From an uncultured bacterium (GTDB lineage Bacteria; Bacillota_I; Bacilli_A; RF39; UBA660): DNA of 64,000 nucleotides. The notes below the pieces were generated by a model. That model was given only the letters and a program-made list of their open reading frames with translations, was not told the origin of the DNA and did no database searches. A program made the translations under genes and the position numbers. Where the stretch lies: assembly GCA_949285875.1 (NCBI GenBank), contig CASDZZ010000003.1:349-64348 (forward strand). Reading direction: 5' to 3'. This document shows positions 11,320-20,335 of this stretch, piece after piece; within the stretch, counting starts at the first letter, position 1, and the number at the start of each line of letters is the position of its first letter.

Positions 11320-13653
11320 ATGAATAATATAAATGGTTTAAATAGTTTAGAGGTAAAAGAAAGAATTAGCAAAGGTTTAGTTAATTATGATACTACTACA
11401 CCTAGCAAAAGTATAAAAGAAATAATTATGGAAAATACTTTTACTTTGTTTAATTTTATAAATATTCTATTAGCGGTTGCTGTTATTTTGGTAGGCTCTT
11501 ATAAAAATGTATTTTTTATAGGAGTTGCAATTTGTAATACTCTAATCAGTACTTTGCAAGAAATAAGAGCTAAAAAAATTGTAGATAAATTATCTGTAAT
11601 TTCAAGTACTAAGGCTAAGGTAATAAGAGAAGGCAAGGAAAATATTATTCACATTAATAAAATAGTTTTAAATGATGTAATAAAGTATGAATTAGGTAAT
11701 CAAGTAATAACGGACTCTAAAATTTTAAAAGGAGAATGTGAGGTTGATGAATCCTTTATTACCGGGGAAGCTAAAACTAGATTTAAGAAAAAAGGTGATG
11801 TTATTTTATCAGGTAGTTTTATCGTTAGTGGTAAGGTTACTTGTGAAGTGATACACGTTGGTTTAGATAATTATACTTCTTTAATTTCTAAAGACGCCAA
11901 AAAGATGAATAAGGAAATAAATTCCCAGATAATGAGGTCTTTAAATAAAATTGTTAAATATGTTTCTATCACTTTAATTCCTATTGGTTTGCTTCTTTTG
12001 TTAAGGCAATTTTCTATTGAGGGTAATACCACCCAAAATGCAGTAGTTTCTGTTGTTGCAGCAGTAATAGGAATGATTCCAGAAGGACTTATTTTATTAG
12101 TTAGCACCGTACTAGCTATTAGCGTAATAAGGCTTTCAAAATATGAGGTATTAGTACAAGATTTATATTGTATAGAAACTTTAGCAAGAGTTGATACTTT
12201 ATGTTTAGATAAAACGGGTACTATTACGGAAGGAAAAATGGAAGTTTCAGATATAATACCTCTTAATAATCATAAAGTTAATGATATTGATTATGCTTTA
12301 GAAGCAATATCTACTAATTTGGATGATAATAATCCAACATTTAAGGCTTTAAATGAAAAATATGGTAATGAATCTAAACTAAAAGCTAAAAAGATAGTTT
12401 CTTTTTCTTCAGAAAGAAAATATTCTGGTATATCTTTAGAAAATTCTTCTTATGTTATAGGAGCTCCTGAATTTGTTTTAAAGGAAGAATATAAAAGATA
12501 TTCAAAAAAAGCAGAAGAATTATCTAAAGAAAGTAGGGTATTAGTTCTAGTTAAGTTTAATGAACATATTAAAGAAAATGAACTGCCAAAAAATCCTGAA
12601 GTTATGGCTTTGGTTTTAATTAATGATAGAATAAGAAAAGAAGCTATTGGAACACTAAGATATTTTATGGATAATGATGTTGAATTAAAGGTAATATCAG
12701 GAGATAGTGTATCTACTGTTACCGCTGTTTCTAAATCTGTTGGGATTGATATTAAAGGAATTTATGATGCTAGAAACTTAACTAGCGAAACAGATATAAA
12801 TGAAGTTGTTGAAAATAATACGATTTTTGCACGTGTTAAACCAGAGCAAAAAAGAATGCTTATAAAAGCAATGAAACAAAATGGTCATACGGTTGCTATG
12901 ACAGGAGATGGAGTTAATGATGTATTAGCTTTAAAGGAGTCAGATTGTGGTATAGCAATGAACTCAGGCTCTGATGCGGCTAGAAATGTTGCGGAATTAG
13001 TATTATTAGATTCAAACTTTGATTCAATACCTTATATAGTAAAAGAAGGAAGAAGAACTATTAATAATGTTGAAAGGTCAGCAACCCTTTTTCTATCAAA
13101 AACTATATATGCATCTTTACTTGCTTTAATATTTTTATTTATTAGTTATGCTTATCCATTTATTCCAGTACAAATGTCCCTAATAAATGGACTAACGATA
13201 GGAATGCCAGCATTTATATTGGCTTTAGAGCCTAATCATGATAGAGTAAAAGGTAAATTTTTAATTAATGTTGTTAGCAGGGCAATTCCTAGTGGGTTAA
13301 CTACTGTAGCTAATATTGTACTTTTAGTTTTTCTAGCTGGATTAATATCGCTTAAACCTGAATTAACATCAACGTTAGCAGTTGCTATAACTAGTTATAC
13401 AGCAGTATTACTAATTTATAGAATAAGTAAACCACTTAATTTATTAAGAAGAAGTTTATTAGGAATCATAATATTTTTATTTGTTTTAAGTTATATTATT
13501 CCTTTCGCTAGATCATTTTATTCTCTTAGTATATTAAATCCTAATGCTTTATTAATTTTACTTCCACTTATGTATATAAGTACAAGGATGTTTAATGTAT
13601 TAAGTAAATTAGTAAATAAATTAATAGAAAGAAAACGTAGTTGGTTTATATAG
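11320..13653 (+). CDS. Cation-translocating P-type ATPase (HAD-IC superfamily; substrate not assignable)
   Basis: Phosphorylation motif DKTGTIT, hinge TGDGVNDVLAL, multiple TM helices, 777 aa. Confidence 0.88.
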   Translation: MNNINGLNSLEVKERISKGLVNYDTTTPSKSIKEIIMENTFTLFNFINILLAVAVILVGSYKNVFFIGVAICNTLISTLQEIRAKKIVDKLSVISSTKAKVIREGKENIIHINKIVLNDVIKYELGNQVITDSKILKGECEVDESFITGEAKTRFKKKGDVILSGSFIVSGKVTCEVIHVGLDNYTSLISKDAKKMNKEINSQIMRSLNKIVKYVSITLIPIGLLLLLRQFSIEGNTTQNAVVSVVAAVIGMIPEGLILLVSTVLAISVIRLSKYEVLVQDLYCIETLARVDTLCLDKTGTITEGKMEVSDIIPLNNHKVNDIDYALEAISTNLDDNNPTFKALNEKYGNESKLKAKKIVSFSSERKYSGISLENSSYVIGAPEFVLKEEYKRYSKKAEELSKESRVLVLVKFNEHIKENELPKNPEVMALVLINDRIRKEAIGTLRYFMDNDVELKVISGDSVSTVTAVSKSVGIDIKGIYDARNLTSETDINEVVENNTIFARVKPEQKRMLIKAMKQNGHTVAMTGDGVNDVLALKESDCGIAMNSGSDAARNVAELVLLDSNFDSIPYIVKEGRRTINNVERSATLFLSKTIYASLLALIFLFISYAYPFIPVQMSLINGLTIGMPAFILALEPNHDRVKGKFLINVVSRAIPSGLTTVANIVLLVFLAGLISLKPELTSTLAVAITSYTAVLLIYRISKPLNLLRRSLLGIIIFLFVLSYIIPFARSFYSLSILNPNALLILLPLMYISTRMFNVLSKLVNKLIERKRSWFI

Positions 13654-13663
13654 AGGTGAAATA

Positions 13664-13849
13664 ATGAAAAATTTAATTAATAATTATTTATTGTGTGAAG
13701 TAGAGTCTTTATTAAATTTTAATCCTTTAACAAGAGGACAGATTCTTAATTCTTCAGATCCCTTTGGATTAATGCACTATATTGATAGTTCTACAAACGT
13801 TTATGTTTTTAAAGATTCACAAAATAAAAATAGTTGTATAAAAAAATAA
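13664..13849 (+). CDS. Small hypothetical protein (61 aa)
   Basis: Strong RBS AGAGGTGA 4 nt before the ATG, immediately after the ATPase stop. No recognisable family. Confidence 0.35.
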   Translation: MKNLINNYLLCEVESLLNFNPLTRGQILNSSDPFGLMHYIDSSTNVYVFKDSQNKNSCIKK

Positions 13850-13862
13850 TGTATGTTATAAT
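13834..13862 (+). promoter_or_regulatory. SigA-type promoter of the Met T-box leader
   Basis: TTGTAT, a 17-nt spacer, then TATAAT with an upstream TGt (extended -10). Confidence 0.55.
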
Positions 13863-13868
13863 CTAGTT

Positions 13869-14093
13869 GTTTTAAGCGATGAAAGAAAGAGTAAAGCAAT
13901 ACTTATTTAAGAGAGCATGGTAAGGTGAAAGCATGTATAAGTAGACCTTTATAAATGGTTCTGGAGCTTAACTTATCGATATGTAGGTAAGTTCGTTGCT
14001 ATGCGTTAAATAGATTGAGTGCGTATTTATTAAATACGAATTAAGGTGGTACCGTGGACTAAAGTTCATCCTTTAATTAGGATGAGTTTTTTT
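13869..14093 (+). promoter_or_regulatory. T-box riboswitch leader (candidate Met specifier AUG) controlling nudix-metG
   Basis: Stem I elements AGAGAG and GGTGAAA. The candidate specifier is ATG at 13955..13957, followed by G. The T-box sequence AATTAAGGTGGTACCGTGG is at 14039..14057. The terminator hairpin TCATCC/GGATGA with a T-run is at 14065..14093. Confidence 0.88.
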
Positions 14094-14119
14094 ATTTTAT
14101 ATAGAAAGGGTGATATTAA

Positions 14120-14569
14120 ATGAATGAAAAGATTCCTAAAGTAGGATTAGGAGTTATAGTTCTTGATAAAACTGGAAAAGTTTTATTAATTTTAAGAAAT
14201 AGTGATGCTAAGAAGGCTGATAGTGAAATGAGGCTTGAAGGGACTTGGACTCTTCCAGCCGGAAAAATGAAATATGGTGAAACATTATTTGTAGCTGCTA
14301 AAAGAAAAGTTAAAGAGGAGACTAATCTTGACGTAAGTAATTTAGAGGTTATTTCAGTAGCAGATGATATAAATAACTTTGCACATTATGTTACTATTGG
14401 TTTAGTAGCGGATAGTTATGAAGGAGAAGTATCTTTAGGAGATACCGAAGAGCACGTAGACTATAGATTCTTTGATATGGATAAGATGCCTCCTAACTTA
14501 TGTGAACCCTCTATGAAAATAATTAGAAATTACAGACAAAATAAAATATATAACGGGAAGGAAAATTAA
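14120..14569 (+). CDS. NUDIX hydrolase
   Basis: Nudix box GKMKYGETLFVAAKRKVKEETNL (GX5EX7REUXEEXGU pattern); 149 aa. Its stop lies 1 nt before the metG start. Confidence 0.85.
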   Translation: MNEKIPKVGLGVIVLDKTGKVLLILRNSDAKKADSEMRLEGTWTLPAGKMKYGETLFVAAKRKVKEETNLDVSNLEVISVADDINNFAHYVTIGLVADSYEGEVSLGDTEEHVDYRFFDMDKMPPNLCEPSMKIIRNYRQNKIYNGKEN

Positions 14570-14570
14570 T

Positions 14571-16130
14571 ATGGATAAGAAAAAATATTATATAACAACA
14601 GCAATAGCATATACTTCTGGTAAACCTCACATAGGAAATACTTATGAAATAGTACTTGCAGATTCTATTGCAAGATATAAAAGACAAAAAGGTTATGACG
14701 TTTATTTTCAAACGGGAACTGATGAACATGGTGAAAAAATAGAATTAAAAGCTAAGGAAAAAGGAGTAACTCCTAAAGCGTTTGTTGATGATATTGCAGG
14801 TGAAATAAAAAGAATATGGGATGTTATGAATACTTCCTATGATAAGTTTGTTAGAACAACTGATCCACATCATGAAAAAATAGTACAAAAGATATTTGAT
14901 AAAATGTATGAAAAAGGAGATATTTATAAAGGAGAATATTCGGGTTTATACTGCACTCCTTGTGAAAGCTTTTGGACTGAATCACAACTAGTAGATGGTA
15001 AATGTCCAGACTGCGGAAGAGATGTAGAAACAAAAAAAGAAGAAGCTTACTTTTTTAAACTTTCTAAATACCAAGATAAGTTAGTAGAATATATAGAATC
15101 GCATCCTGATTTTATTGCTCCTGAATCAAGAAAAAATGAAATGTTAAACAACTTTATCAAACCAGGATTACAAGATTTATGTGTATCTAGAACATCATTT
15201 GATTGGGGAATTAAAGTAAATATAGACCCAAAACATATTGTTTACGTTTGGCTTGATGCATTAACTAATTATATCACTAACATAGGATATGACCCAGAAG
15301 GGTCTAGTGTGGAATTTAATAAATGGTGGCCAGCAGATCTTCACTTAGTTGGTAAAGATATAATTAGATTCCATACTATTTACTGGCCTTGCTTCTTATG
15401 GAGTTTGGATTTAGAGCTTCCAAAGAAAGTATTTGGACATCCTTGGCTTCTAACAAATAATGATAAAATAGGAAAGTCTAGAGGTAACGCAATATATGCT
15501 GATGACTTAGTAGATTTGTTTGGTGTTGATGCAGTAAGATATTATGTTCTTCATGAAATTCCATACGCAAATGATGGAAATTTAACCTATGATTTATTAA
15601 TCGAAAGAACTAATACTGATTTAGCTAATACGTTAGGTAACTTAGTTAATAGAACAATATCAATGGCTAATAAATATTTTGATGGTAACGTTACAAATAA
15701 GAAAGTAACTGAAAAGTTAGATACTGATTTAATTAACATGGTTAACTTGTTGGACGATAATGTAGAAGAAAAAATGGATAGGTTAGAAATAGGATTTGCT
15801 TTAGATCAAATATTTGACGTATTAAGACGTTTAAATAAATATATTGATGAAACAACTCCATGGGCTTTAGCTAAAGAAGAAGGTAAAAAAGATAGACTAG
15901 AAACGGTTTTATATAATTTGTTAGATTCTATTAGGGTATGTGCATATTTTCTAAGACCATTTTTAACTGAGACTTCTGATGAAATATTTAAACAATTAAA
16001 TATAAATGACGAAACGGATAAGTTTAATCCTAATAATACTTATAAAGATATGAAGCCAGAAGTATTATTTGCTAGAATAGATAAAGAAAAGAAAATGGAA
16101 GAGATAAAAAATTCAAATAGAAACAAGTGA
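14571..16130 (+). CDS. metG: Methionine--tRNA ligase (short form, no C-terminal tRNA-binding domain)
   Basis: HIGN (HIGH) motif, Zn knuckles CTPCESF...CPDCG, and KIGKSRGN in place of KMSKS; 519 aa. Confidence 0.95.
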   Translation: MDKKKYYITTAIAYTSGKPHIGNTYEIVLADSIARYKRQKGYDVYFQTGTDEHGEKIELKAKEKGVTPKAFVDDIAGEIKRIWDVMNTSYDKFVRTTDPHHEKIVQKIFDKMYEKGDIYKGEYSGLYCTPCESFWTESQLVDGKCPDCGRDVETKKEEAYFFKLSKYQDKLVEYIESHPDFIAPESRKNEMLNNFIKPGLQDLCVSRTSFDWGIKVNIDPKHIVYVWLDALTNYITNIGYDPEGSSVEFNKWWPADLHLVGKDIIRFHTIYWPCFLWSLDLELPKKVFGHPWLLTNNDKIGKSRGNAIYADDLVDLFGVDAVRYYVLHEIPYANDGNLTYDLLIERTNTDLANTLGNLVNRTISMANKYFDGNVTNKKVTEKLDTDLINMVNLLDDNVEEKMDRLEIGFALDQIFDVLRRLNKYIDETTPWALAKEEGKKDRLETVLYNLLDSIRVCAYFLRPFLTETSDEIFKQLNINDETDKFNPNNTYKDMKPEVLFARIDKEKKMEEIKNSNRNK

Positions 16131-16150
16131 TTTTGGTTCTCTTGTTTTTT
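16121..16150 (+). terminator. Putative intrinsic terminator after metG
   Basis: AAACAAG ... CTTGTTT stem (7 bp, 13-nt loop) followed by a T-run. Confidence 0.55.
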
Positions 16151-16249
16151 ACTTTAATAGTTATAAACAAATAATTGCTTTTTTAATCATCATAAAATAT
16201 TTTGAGGGGTGATTAAATGGTTAATTATGAAAATATGAATATCTGTTAA

Positions 16250-16570
16250 ATGATTAGAATTCTAAAAAAAGAAAAATGTTGTACTTTAGCTATGTCAGAA
16301 AATAATATACCATACTTGGTTCCTATGTTTTATGAACTATGCAATGATTTAAATGGTAATACTATTAAATTAGTAAGCTTTAATAATGGTAAAAAGATGA
16401 GATGTATTAGTAGTAATAGTAATGTTAGATTATTAGTAGAACATAGAGGATTTAACTATCTTGACACTATCATAATAAGTGGTTTTGCAAAAATTGAACA
16501 AAATTGTGATAATAGCTCTAATATATATATTTGTGTTAAGGATATTACGGGAAGAAGATATTGTTATTAA
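16250..16570 (+). CDS. Pyridoxamine 5'-phosphate oxidase-like (FMN-binding split-barrel) family protein, possibly N-terminally disrupted
   Basis: ILKKEKCCTLAMSENNIPYLVPMFY ... GKKMRCISSNSNVRLLVE ... ITGRRY resembles the Pyridox_ox_2-type family. An in-frame ATG with a GAGGGGTG RBS lies at 16217, followed by TAA at 16247. Confidence 0.5.
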   Translation: MIRILKKEKCCTLAMSENNIPYLVPMFYELCNDLNGNTIKLVSFNNGKKMRCISSNSNVRLLVEHRGFNYLDTIIISGFAKIEQNCDNSSNIYICVKDITGRRYCY

Positions 16571-16655
16571 TTAATAAAAAGGATAAACAAATTGATTTAT
16601 TCTTTTTTGTTGCTTTTTTTTACTAATTTCATAAAAAACTATAGAAGGTGATTTT

Positions 16656-17978
16656 ATGAAGTTGTGGTTAAATAGTAAAAAAGTAAAGGAGGGAGATTAC
16701 TTTTTAGTTAATCTAGAAAACGAAAAATTTGTGAACGATGCGATAAAAAATGGTGCAAAAAAAATAATAACAGAGCTTGATAAAAACTATGAAATAGAAA
16801 CCATAAAAGTTTCTGATGTAAGAAAATATCTTTATCAATTTTATTATGACAAAATAAAAGATTTGATACTTATTGGTATAACTGGAACAAATGGAAAAAC
16901 AACTACTTGCTATCTTATTTATCAAATGCTTAATATGCTTGGCGTTAAAACAGCCTATTTAGGAACAATAGGATTTTATTTAGATGATGAGATAATAAAG
17001 TTAGAAAATACTACGCCTTCTTTAGATATTTTGTACAATTTGCTATTAGATTCTAAGACAAAAAATTGCGAAGTAGTTGTTATGGAAGTTTCTTCTCATG
17101 CCTTAAAACAAGATAGGGTATATGGGCTTTTGTTTGATGCGATTGGTGTAACTAATATAACTAGGGATCATCTTGATTATCATAAAACTAAAAAAGATTA
17201 TATAGAAAGCAAAAAGAAAATTATAAGTAAAACAAGAAATAAAAAAATATGTTTACTAAATAAAAAGAGTAAATATTATAAAAAGTTTATTTCAAACAAA
17301 AATAATAATTATATTATAGGAAAAGATATAAAGGTTAATTTAATAGCAAATAAGTTTGATAAAACAATAGTTATTGTTAAGGATAAAATAAAAAGAGGAT
17401 TTGCTTTGTCTTTAGTAGGAAATTTTAATGTATATAATTTCTTATTTTGTTATTACATAGTAAAAAACCTAGGATTTGACGTAAATGAGCTAAGAGATAA
17501 ATTTTATTTACTTAAAGAACCACCTGGAAGAATGCAAAAAATAATTTATAAAACTAACATGATTTTTATAGATTATGCACACACACCTGATGCCATTTTA
17601 AATGTATTAAAAACAGTATCAAAATTAAAAAATAAAGGTATTATAACTATCTTTGGTTGTGGTGGTAATAGGGATAAAGAAAAAAGAACAATCATGGGTA
17701 AAATTGCTTGTAAGTATTCTTTTTTAGTTATATTTACTAATGATAATCCAAGAAACGAGGATGAAAAAGAAATTATGAACGATATTTTAAGAGGCGCTAA
17801 GGGAAAACATGAAGTTATTTATGATAGAAAAGAAGCTATTAAAAGAGGCGTTCAGTTATTAAAAAATAATATGATTTTGATGATTTTGGGAAAGGGACAT
17901 GAAGATTATCAGATTATTGGTGATACTAAGTATCATTTTTCAGATTTAGAAGTAGTTAATGACATTATAAAAGAATAA
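16656..17978 (+). CDS. murE: UDP-N-acetylmuramoyl-tripeptide synthetase MurE (DNPR motif, meso-DAP-adding type)
   Basis: GITGTNGKTTT P-loop and TNDNPRNED (the DNPR motif of DAP-adding MurE); 440 aa. Confidence 0.88.
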   Translation: MKLWLNSKKVKEGDYFLVNLENEKFVNDAIKNGAKKIITELDKNYEIETIKVSDVRKYLYQFYYDKIKDLILIGITGTNGKTTTCYLIYQMLNMLGVKTAYLGTIGFYLDDEIIKLENTTPSLDILYNLLLDSKTKNCEVVVMEVSSHALKQDRVYGLLFDAIGVTNITRDHLDYHKTKKDYIESKKKIISKTRNKKICLLNKKSKYYKKFISNKNNNYIIGKDIKVNLIANKFDKTIVIVKDKIKRGFALSLVGNFNVYNFLFCYYIVKNLGFDVNELRDKFYLLKEPPGRMQKIIYKTNMIFIDYAHTPDAILNVLKTVSKLKNKGIITIFGCGGNRDKEKRTIMGKIACKYSFLVIFTNDNPRNEDEKEIMNDILRGAKGKHEVIYDRKEAIKRGVQLLKNNMILMILGKGHEDYQIIGDTKYHFSDLEVVNDIIKE

Positions 17979-18101
17979 TAAAAGTTAGTTGAATTATTTA
18001 TTTTTTTTAGTATAATAAAATTGATATTATTAAAAGGTCTATAAGGTGGGTTTTGAAATTTTATTAATGATGTTAAAAAATATTAGATTTGTTAAGAGGT
18101 A

Positions 18102-19196
18102 ATGATGAAAGTAGTAAACTTTTATAAAATAATTAAGCTATTAGAAAAATATCAATTATTAAAACAAATTGAGAATCCAAAAAAGTGGGCTGAGAATTTA
18201 AATCAAAATCAAAATAATAATTTAAATTTACTAGGTGATTTAACTTTAAGAAATTTAGGTGAATATAATTATTTAATTATTGATTTAAATTTATTAGATA
18301 GTCCTCATTATGTTTTTGATTTACAACTAATTAATGAAGAAGAAAATAACGAGAAGAAAGCTTGCTTAGCTAAAGTTGCGGGAAATAATCCTTCTTTAAA
18401 GAATCCTTATCATAAAGAAGATATGAAATTAATTTCGGAAGCTCTTAGTTTTGAAGTTGCAGTTTGTTTATCTATTTTAGCTACTAATGAAAATTCTATT
18501 AATAATAAATGTCATAAAGAAGATATGTTATTAATAAAGAATGCTAAATCAGAGAGAATAGCTAAAAAATTGTTAGAGGTTGCAAAATGTAGAGAATCTA
18601 CACAAAGCAGTTTTCATTTAAAAGATATGAATTTGATTTCTAAAACTGAAAATAACTTTATTGCAAAGCATTTAGCAAATATTGCAAAAAATGAAATTTC
18701 TTTAAATAGTGAATATCATGATTTTCATATGGATGTAATTTCAAATATTGATAATAAAAATATTTTACATTATTTAACCGTTGTTATGAAAAATGAAGCT
18801 TCGGTAAAAAGTATTCATCATCTTTATGATATTAAACTTATTTTGGAAACTAAAAATGAAAAAATAATTTCTTATTTAGTTTACTTAGCAATTTTTAATT
18901 TTTCCTTAGAAAGTATGTATCATAGAAAAGACATGGAACTAATAGCAAGTGCAAAAACTGAAAAAATAGCAAAGTATTTATTAGACTTAGCAAGAAATAG
19001 GAAGTCTTTAGAAGGTAATACGCATGATGAAGATATGAAGAGTATTTATAATGCTGAAGATGATTTAGAAGCTTTGGAAATAAAAGAGAAAGTAGAAAGT
19101 ACTTATCAAAATCAGATAAATCCGAAATTTGTAGATGATAGTGAGAAAAAAACTAAGGCAGTACCAATTTTTACTAAAAGAAAAAGACCTATTTAA
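18102..19196 (+). CDS. Hypothetical protein made of eight tandem 34-aa helical-type repeats
   Basis: Repeat unit H-x-x-D-M-x-L-I-x-x-A-x-x-E-x-I-A-K-x-L-x-x-x-A-x-N-x-x-S-L-x-x-x-x. The conserved His falls at residues 69, 104, 138, 172, 206, 240, 274 and 308. The exact 102-nt period is visible at 18411 and 18513 (CATAAAGAAGATATG). Confidence 0.7.
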   Translation: MMKVVNFYKIIKLLEKYQLLKQIENPKKWAENLNQNQNNNLNLLGDLTLRNLGEYNYLIIDLNLLDSPHYVFDLQLINEEENNEKKACLAKVAGNNPSLKNPYHKEDMKLISEALSFEVAVCLSILATNENSINNKCHKEDMLLIKNAKSERIAKKLLEVAKCRESTQSSFHLKDMNLISKTENNFIAKHLANIAKNEISLNSEYHDFHMDVISNIDNKNILHYLTVVMKNEASVKSIHHLYDIKLILETKNEKIISYLVYLAIFNFSLESMYHRKDMELIASAKTEKIAKYLLDLARNRKSLEGNTHDEDMKSIYNAEDDLEALEIKEKVESTYQNQINPKFVDDSEKKTKAVPIFTKRKRPI

Positions 19197-19207
19197 GGTC
19201 TTTTTTT
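19181..19207. terminator. Bidirectional intrinsic terminator shared by convergent genes
   Basis: AAAAAGACCT-attta-AGGTCTTTTTTT, with an A-run and a T-run flanking a 6-bp GC-containing stem. The stop codons of both convergent genes lie within or next to it. Confidence 0.7.
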
Positions 19208-20207
19208 AATAATCGTTTAAATCTACATTTTCTTTTTCTAAAAAGTCTTTAAATTGCTTTTTAAATTCTTCGGCTTCCTTTTTTACAACATCAGAATAAA
19301 CACTTTGACAATTCATAATAGCTTTATAAATATGTTTAAAAGTTACAAATTCACTATTATCAAACTTTGCGTAAGAAAATGCCTTTGAAAGAAGAGCTAG
19401 TGCATTATCAGGATATCTTGAACCTAATTCATAAACTCTTTTATATTCAGAAGTCATATTAACAATAAATTTCATTATGTTTTCAATTACAAAACTTGAA
19501 TATGCTAATTTTACCCCGGTTTGCTTTTCTATTTTTGGATATGAACCCATAAGTATTTTTACGGTTGTTTCGGCGCTAGGTTCAGCAACATCTATTTTTT
19601 CAAATCTCCTTAAAAAAGCTTTATCCCTTATTAAATACTGATTATATTCATCTAAAGTAGTAGCTCCTATTACCTTAATATCTCCTCTTGATAATGCTGG
19701 TTTAAGAACATTTATAAAATCAATACCACTATTTCTAGACTCTATTACTAGAGAATGTATTTCATCTATAAATAAGATTGTATTAGAAGCTTTTTCAAGT
19801 TCTTTTAACAAAACATTTATTCGAAGTTCTTCAGTACCATTTTCACTCATGTATTTTCCAAGTAAAGAAGAAGTGTTAACTTTTATAATATCATAATTCT
19901 TTATTGCGTTAGGGACATCTCCTTTTTGTATTTTATAAGCAATTCCTTCTACAATAGCAGTTTTACCAATACCAGCTTTTCCAACCAAAATTGCAGACTT
20001 ATCAGGCGTTAGCAAAGTAAGTATTGTCTTTTCTATTTCTTCTTCTCTTGCAATAGCTGGATTTGTAATATAAGTTTTTGTTGATAGATTTTCACCATAA
20101 GTTTCTAACACGCTTTTTTTCTTAATTTCTTTTACTTTTTTCTTTTTAGGCTCTTCATCTGTTAAGGTAAGAGTTTCTTCTTCTATCATATCGAACATAT
20201 CTTCCAT
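19206..20207 (-). CDS. Stand-alone AAA+ ATPase resembling the D1 module of ClpA/ClpB/ClpC
   Basis: Walker A GKAGIGKTAIVEGIA, Walker B ILFIDEIHSL, LKPALSRGDIKVIGATTLDEY and FLRRFEKIDVAEP all match Clp/Hsp100 D1 signatures. At 333 aa it has no N-domain, no D2 and no ClpP loop. Confidence 0.8.
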   Translation of the reverse strand: MEDMFDMIEEETLTLTDEEPKKKKVKEIKKKSVLETYGENLSTKTYITNPAIAREEEIEKTILTLLTPDKSAILVGKAGIGKTAIVEGIAYKIQKGDVPNAIKNYDIIKVNTSSLLGKYMSENGTEELRINVLLKELEKASNTILFIDEIHSLVIESRNSGIDFINVLKPALSRGDIKVIGATTLDEYNQYLIRDKAFLRRFEKIDVAEPSAETTVKILMGSYPKIEKQTGVKLAYSSFVIENIMKFIVNMTSEYKRVYELGSRYPDNALALLSKAFSYAKFDNSEFVTFKHIYKAIMNCQSVYSDVVKKEAEEFKKQFKDFLEKENVDLNDY

Positions 20208-20280
20208 GTTATCACGTCCTTACATTTTCTAATGATATTATACAACAAAAAGGCTAATTTAAAAATATTTATAATATAAA

Positions 20281-20309
20281 TTTACAAAGATTTGCTAATT
20301 TGTTATAAT
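20281..20309 (+). promoter_or_regulatory. SigA-type promoter of rsmE
   Basis: TTTACA, a 17-nt spacer, then TATAAT preceded by TGt (extended -10). Confidence 0.55.
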
Positions 20310-20335
20310 TTTAGTACGTATTTTAGGAGGGTTTT

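Noticed and set aside
18306-19091. Assigning the 34-aa repeats to TPR or TAL-effector repeats because of the identical period.
   Set aside because: The consensus (HxxDMxLI...IAKxL...NxxSL) lacks the TPR small/large residue pattern (W4-L7-G8-Y11-A20-F24-A27-P32) and the TAL RVD architecture. The period alone is not evidence.
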